From: Chlamydiales bacterium | Lineage (GTDB): Bacteria > Chlamydiota > Chlamydiia > Chlamydiales > SM23-39 | NCBI GenBank assembly: GCA_030681135.1 | Contig: JAUXXF010000016.1 | Span: 129,402 to 193,401 of the forward strand | Reading direction: 5' to 3' | Length of the DNA stretch: 64,000 bases | In this document: positions 62,806 through 64,000 of the stretch, piece after piece | Position numbering within the stretch: position 1 is the stretch's first letter | Layout of the letters: every line of letters begins with the position of its first letter | Program-made: the position numbers and the translations under genes | The notes under the pieces: model-generated | The model's database searches: none | Told to the model about the DNA's origin: nothing | The model's input: only the letters and a program-made list of their open reading frames with translations

Positions 62806-64000
62806 TTAGGCATAAATCTCTGTGTATTTCTTCTTGAGGTAGGTGGAGTAAGCATCTATAGAAAGAGATTGTTTTGTAGCTTTTTTCACGAGCTCTTCAG
62901 AGGTATACGTTTTTCCCCAAGAGTGGACGTTTCGTTTTAGCCATTCTCGGACAAAAGCCAGATCTCCTTGCGTAATTTTATCGCTCCAGTCTTTGTGTTC
63001 TTCTGCAAAGGCGCTAAAAAATTGTGCTGCGAAGATATTGCCTAGCGCATAAGTGGGAAAATAGCCAAATTCTCCTAACGACCAGTGGACGTCTTGCAGG
63101 CACCCTTCTGTGTCTGTACGAGGTTTGATCCCTAAAAGCTCTTGCATTTTGCTATTCCAAAGTTCGGGGATTTCAGTGACAGGAAGGGTTCCTGCAATTA
63201 ACTGTTTTTCGATTTCAAAGCGTAAAATGACATGGAGACAATAGGTGACCTCATCGGCTTCGACCCGAATATAAGAGGGGTTTACCTTATTGATTGCTCG
63301 ATAAAACTCCTCTAGGGAGATGTTTTTTAGAGGGGTGTAAATGGATTGAAAAGAGGAATAATAAGCGCGCCAAAAGGGGCGATTTCTGCCGATCAGAGTT
63401 TCCCACCAGCGAGACTGGCTTTCGTGGATACTGAGTGAAACTGGTTCAGCTAAAGGAGTTCCCCAATGTTCTGCAGGAAGACCCATGTCGTACATCATGT
63501 GCCCTGCTTCGTGCAGAAGAGAAAAAATGTTGCTCATAAACGCTTTAGGCAAAATGCGTGTTGTGATGCGCGCATCATGAGCATGGATGCCTGTCGAAAA
63601 AGGGTGATTCGAAAGATCGAACCGAAAATAAGAAGGATCGACAGGAAGTTTGGAGAGAACGAACCGTGCAAGTTCCAACTGTTTGTCTTGCCCCACTACT
63701 TTATGTAAGAAACGGTCGTCTATGTGGTTAGACGAGCTGATTTTTTTTAGAAGAGGGGTGATCTGCTGCTGAAGATTTGTAAATAAAGTCCCGAGACGCT
63801 GAGTATTCATGCAAGGTTCATGAGATTCTAAGAGAGGATCATAAGGATGACCTGTGAATCCTAAAATATCTGCTTTTTTTCGGTTCAGATCGACGATTTT
63901 TTGTAAAAAAGGGGCAAATAATTTAAAATTATTGTCCTTTTTAGCAATGGCCCAAATTTGGGTGGCTTCAGAGGTGACCTGTGAGAGTTCTTCAATAAAG
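62806..64000 (-). CDS. M32 (Taq-like) carboxypeptidase; the 5' end lies beyond the right edge
   Basis: It contains HEAGHMMYD (HExxH), HESQSRWWE and IRVEADEVTY. The frame stays open upstream of the track Met (…GHPYDPLLESHEPCM…) to position 64000. Confidence 0.9.
   Translation of the reverse strand, partial: FIEELSQVTSEATQIWAIAKKDNNFKLFAPFLQKIVDLNRKKADILGFTGHPYDPLLESHEPCMNTQRLGTLFTNLQQQITPLLKKISSSNHIDDRFLHKVVGQDKQLELARFVLSKLPVDPSYFRFDLSNHPFSTGIHAHDARITTRILPKAFMSNIFSLLHEAGHMMYDMGLPAEHWGTPLAEPVSLSIHESQSRWWETLIGRNRPFWRAYYSSFQSIYTPLKNISLEEFYRAINKVNPSYIRVEADEVTYCLHVILRFEIEKQLIAGTLPVTEIPELWNSKMQELLGIKPRTDTEGCLQDVHWSLGEFGYFPTYALGNIFAAQFFSAFAEEHKDWSDKITQGDLAFVREWLKRNVHSWGKTYTSEELVKKATKQSLSIDAYSTYLKKKYTEIYA

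Overview
The gene content suggests a chromosomal window from an environmental, amoeba-associated member of the Chlamydiae. This is inference from: NrdA with three N-terminal ATP-cones, an NrdB with Phe at the radical-Tyr position (class Ic signature), an AroD-AroE fusion, a Tlc/NTT-like transporter and a Legionella/chlamydia-type MOMP-like porin. I cannot name the species. Most of the window is housekeeping: dnaX, pgpH-like, rlu, aroDE, priA, ftsY, sucCD, an M50 protease, surE, an M16 protease, nrdAB, pssA, rmuC, miaB, rplM-rpsI, an M32 carboxypeptidase, and tRNA-Asp and tRNA-Val. Four things stand out. (1) 1859-10827 is a Sec-signal Rhs/YD polymorphic-toxin gene followed by about 3.4 kb of small immunity-like genes (three HEAT-like paralogs, two Cys-rich paralogs and others). 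It also carries a frameshifted orphan toxin C-terminal fragment and several recombination scars. (2) 25026-31683 is a tandem pair of very large paralogous proteins (864 and 1086 aa) of unknown function. Their leaders and terminators are duplicated, and inverted copies of a 164-bp MITE-like element with 25-bp terminal inverted repeats bracket the first gene. (3) Diverged copies of that same element lie in frame inside two protein-coding genes (dnaX and a hypothetical gene upstream of priA), in the manner of Rickettsia palindromic elements. (4) 37237-44304 is a visibly AT-rich seven-gene glycan-modification island: 2 GH130-like, 2 GT25, an FkbM methyltransferase, DUF1796 and a SAM methyltransferase. 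Every one of these proteins has an N-terminal signal peptide or signal anchor, which is unexpected for nucleotide-sugar- and SAM-dependent enzymes. Two further palindromic repeat types of about 160 bp occur: a GGGGC-rich family with five copies (one splits sucC from sucD) and a single-copy element between ftsY and sucC. All calls come from reading the sequence and translations by eye. No database search was run. Coordinates of non-ORF features are approximate to a few nt.
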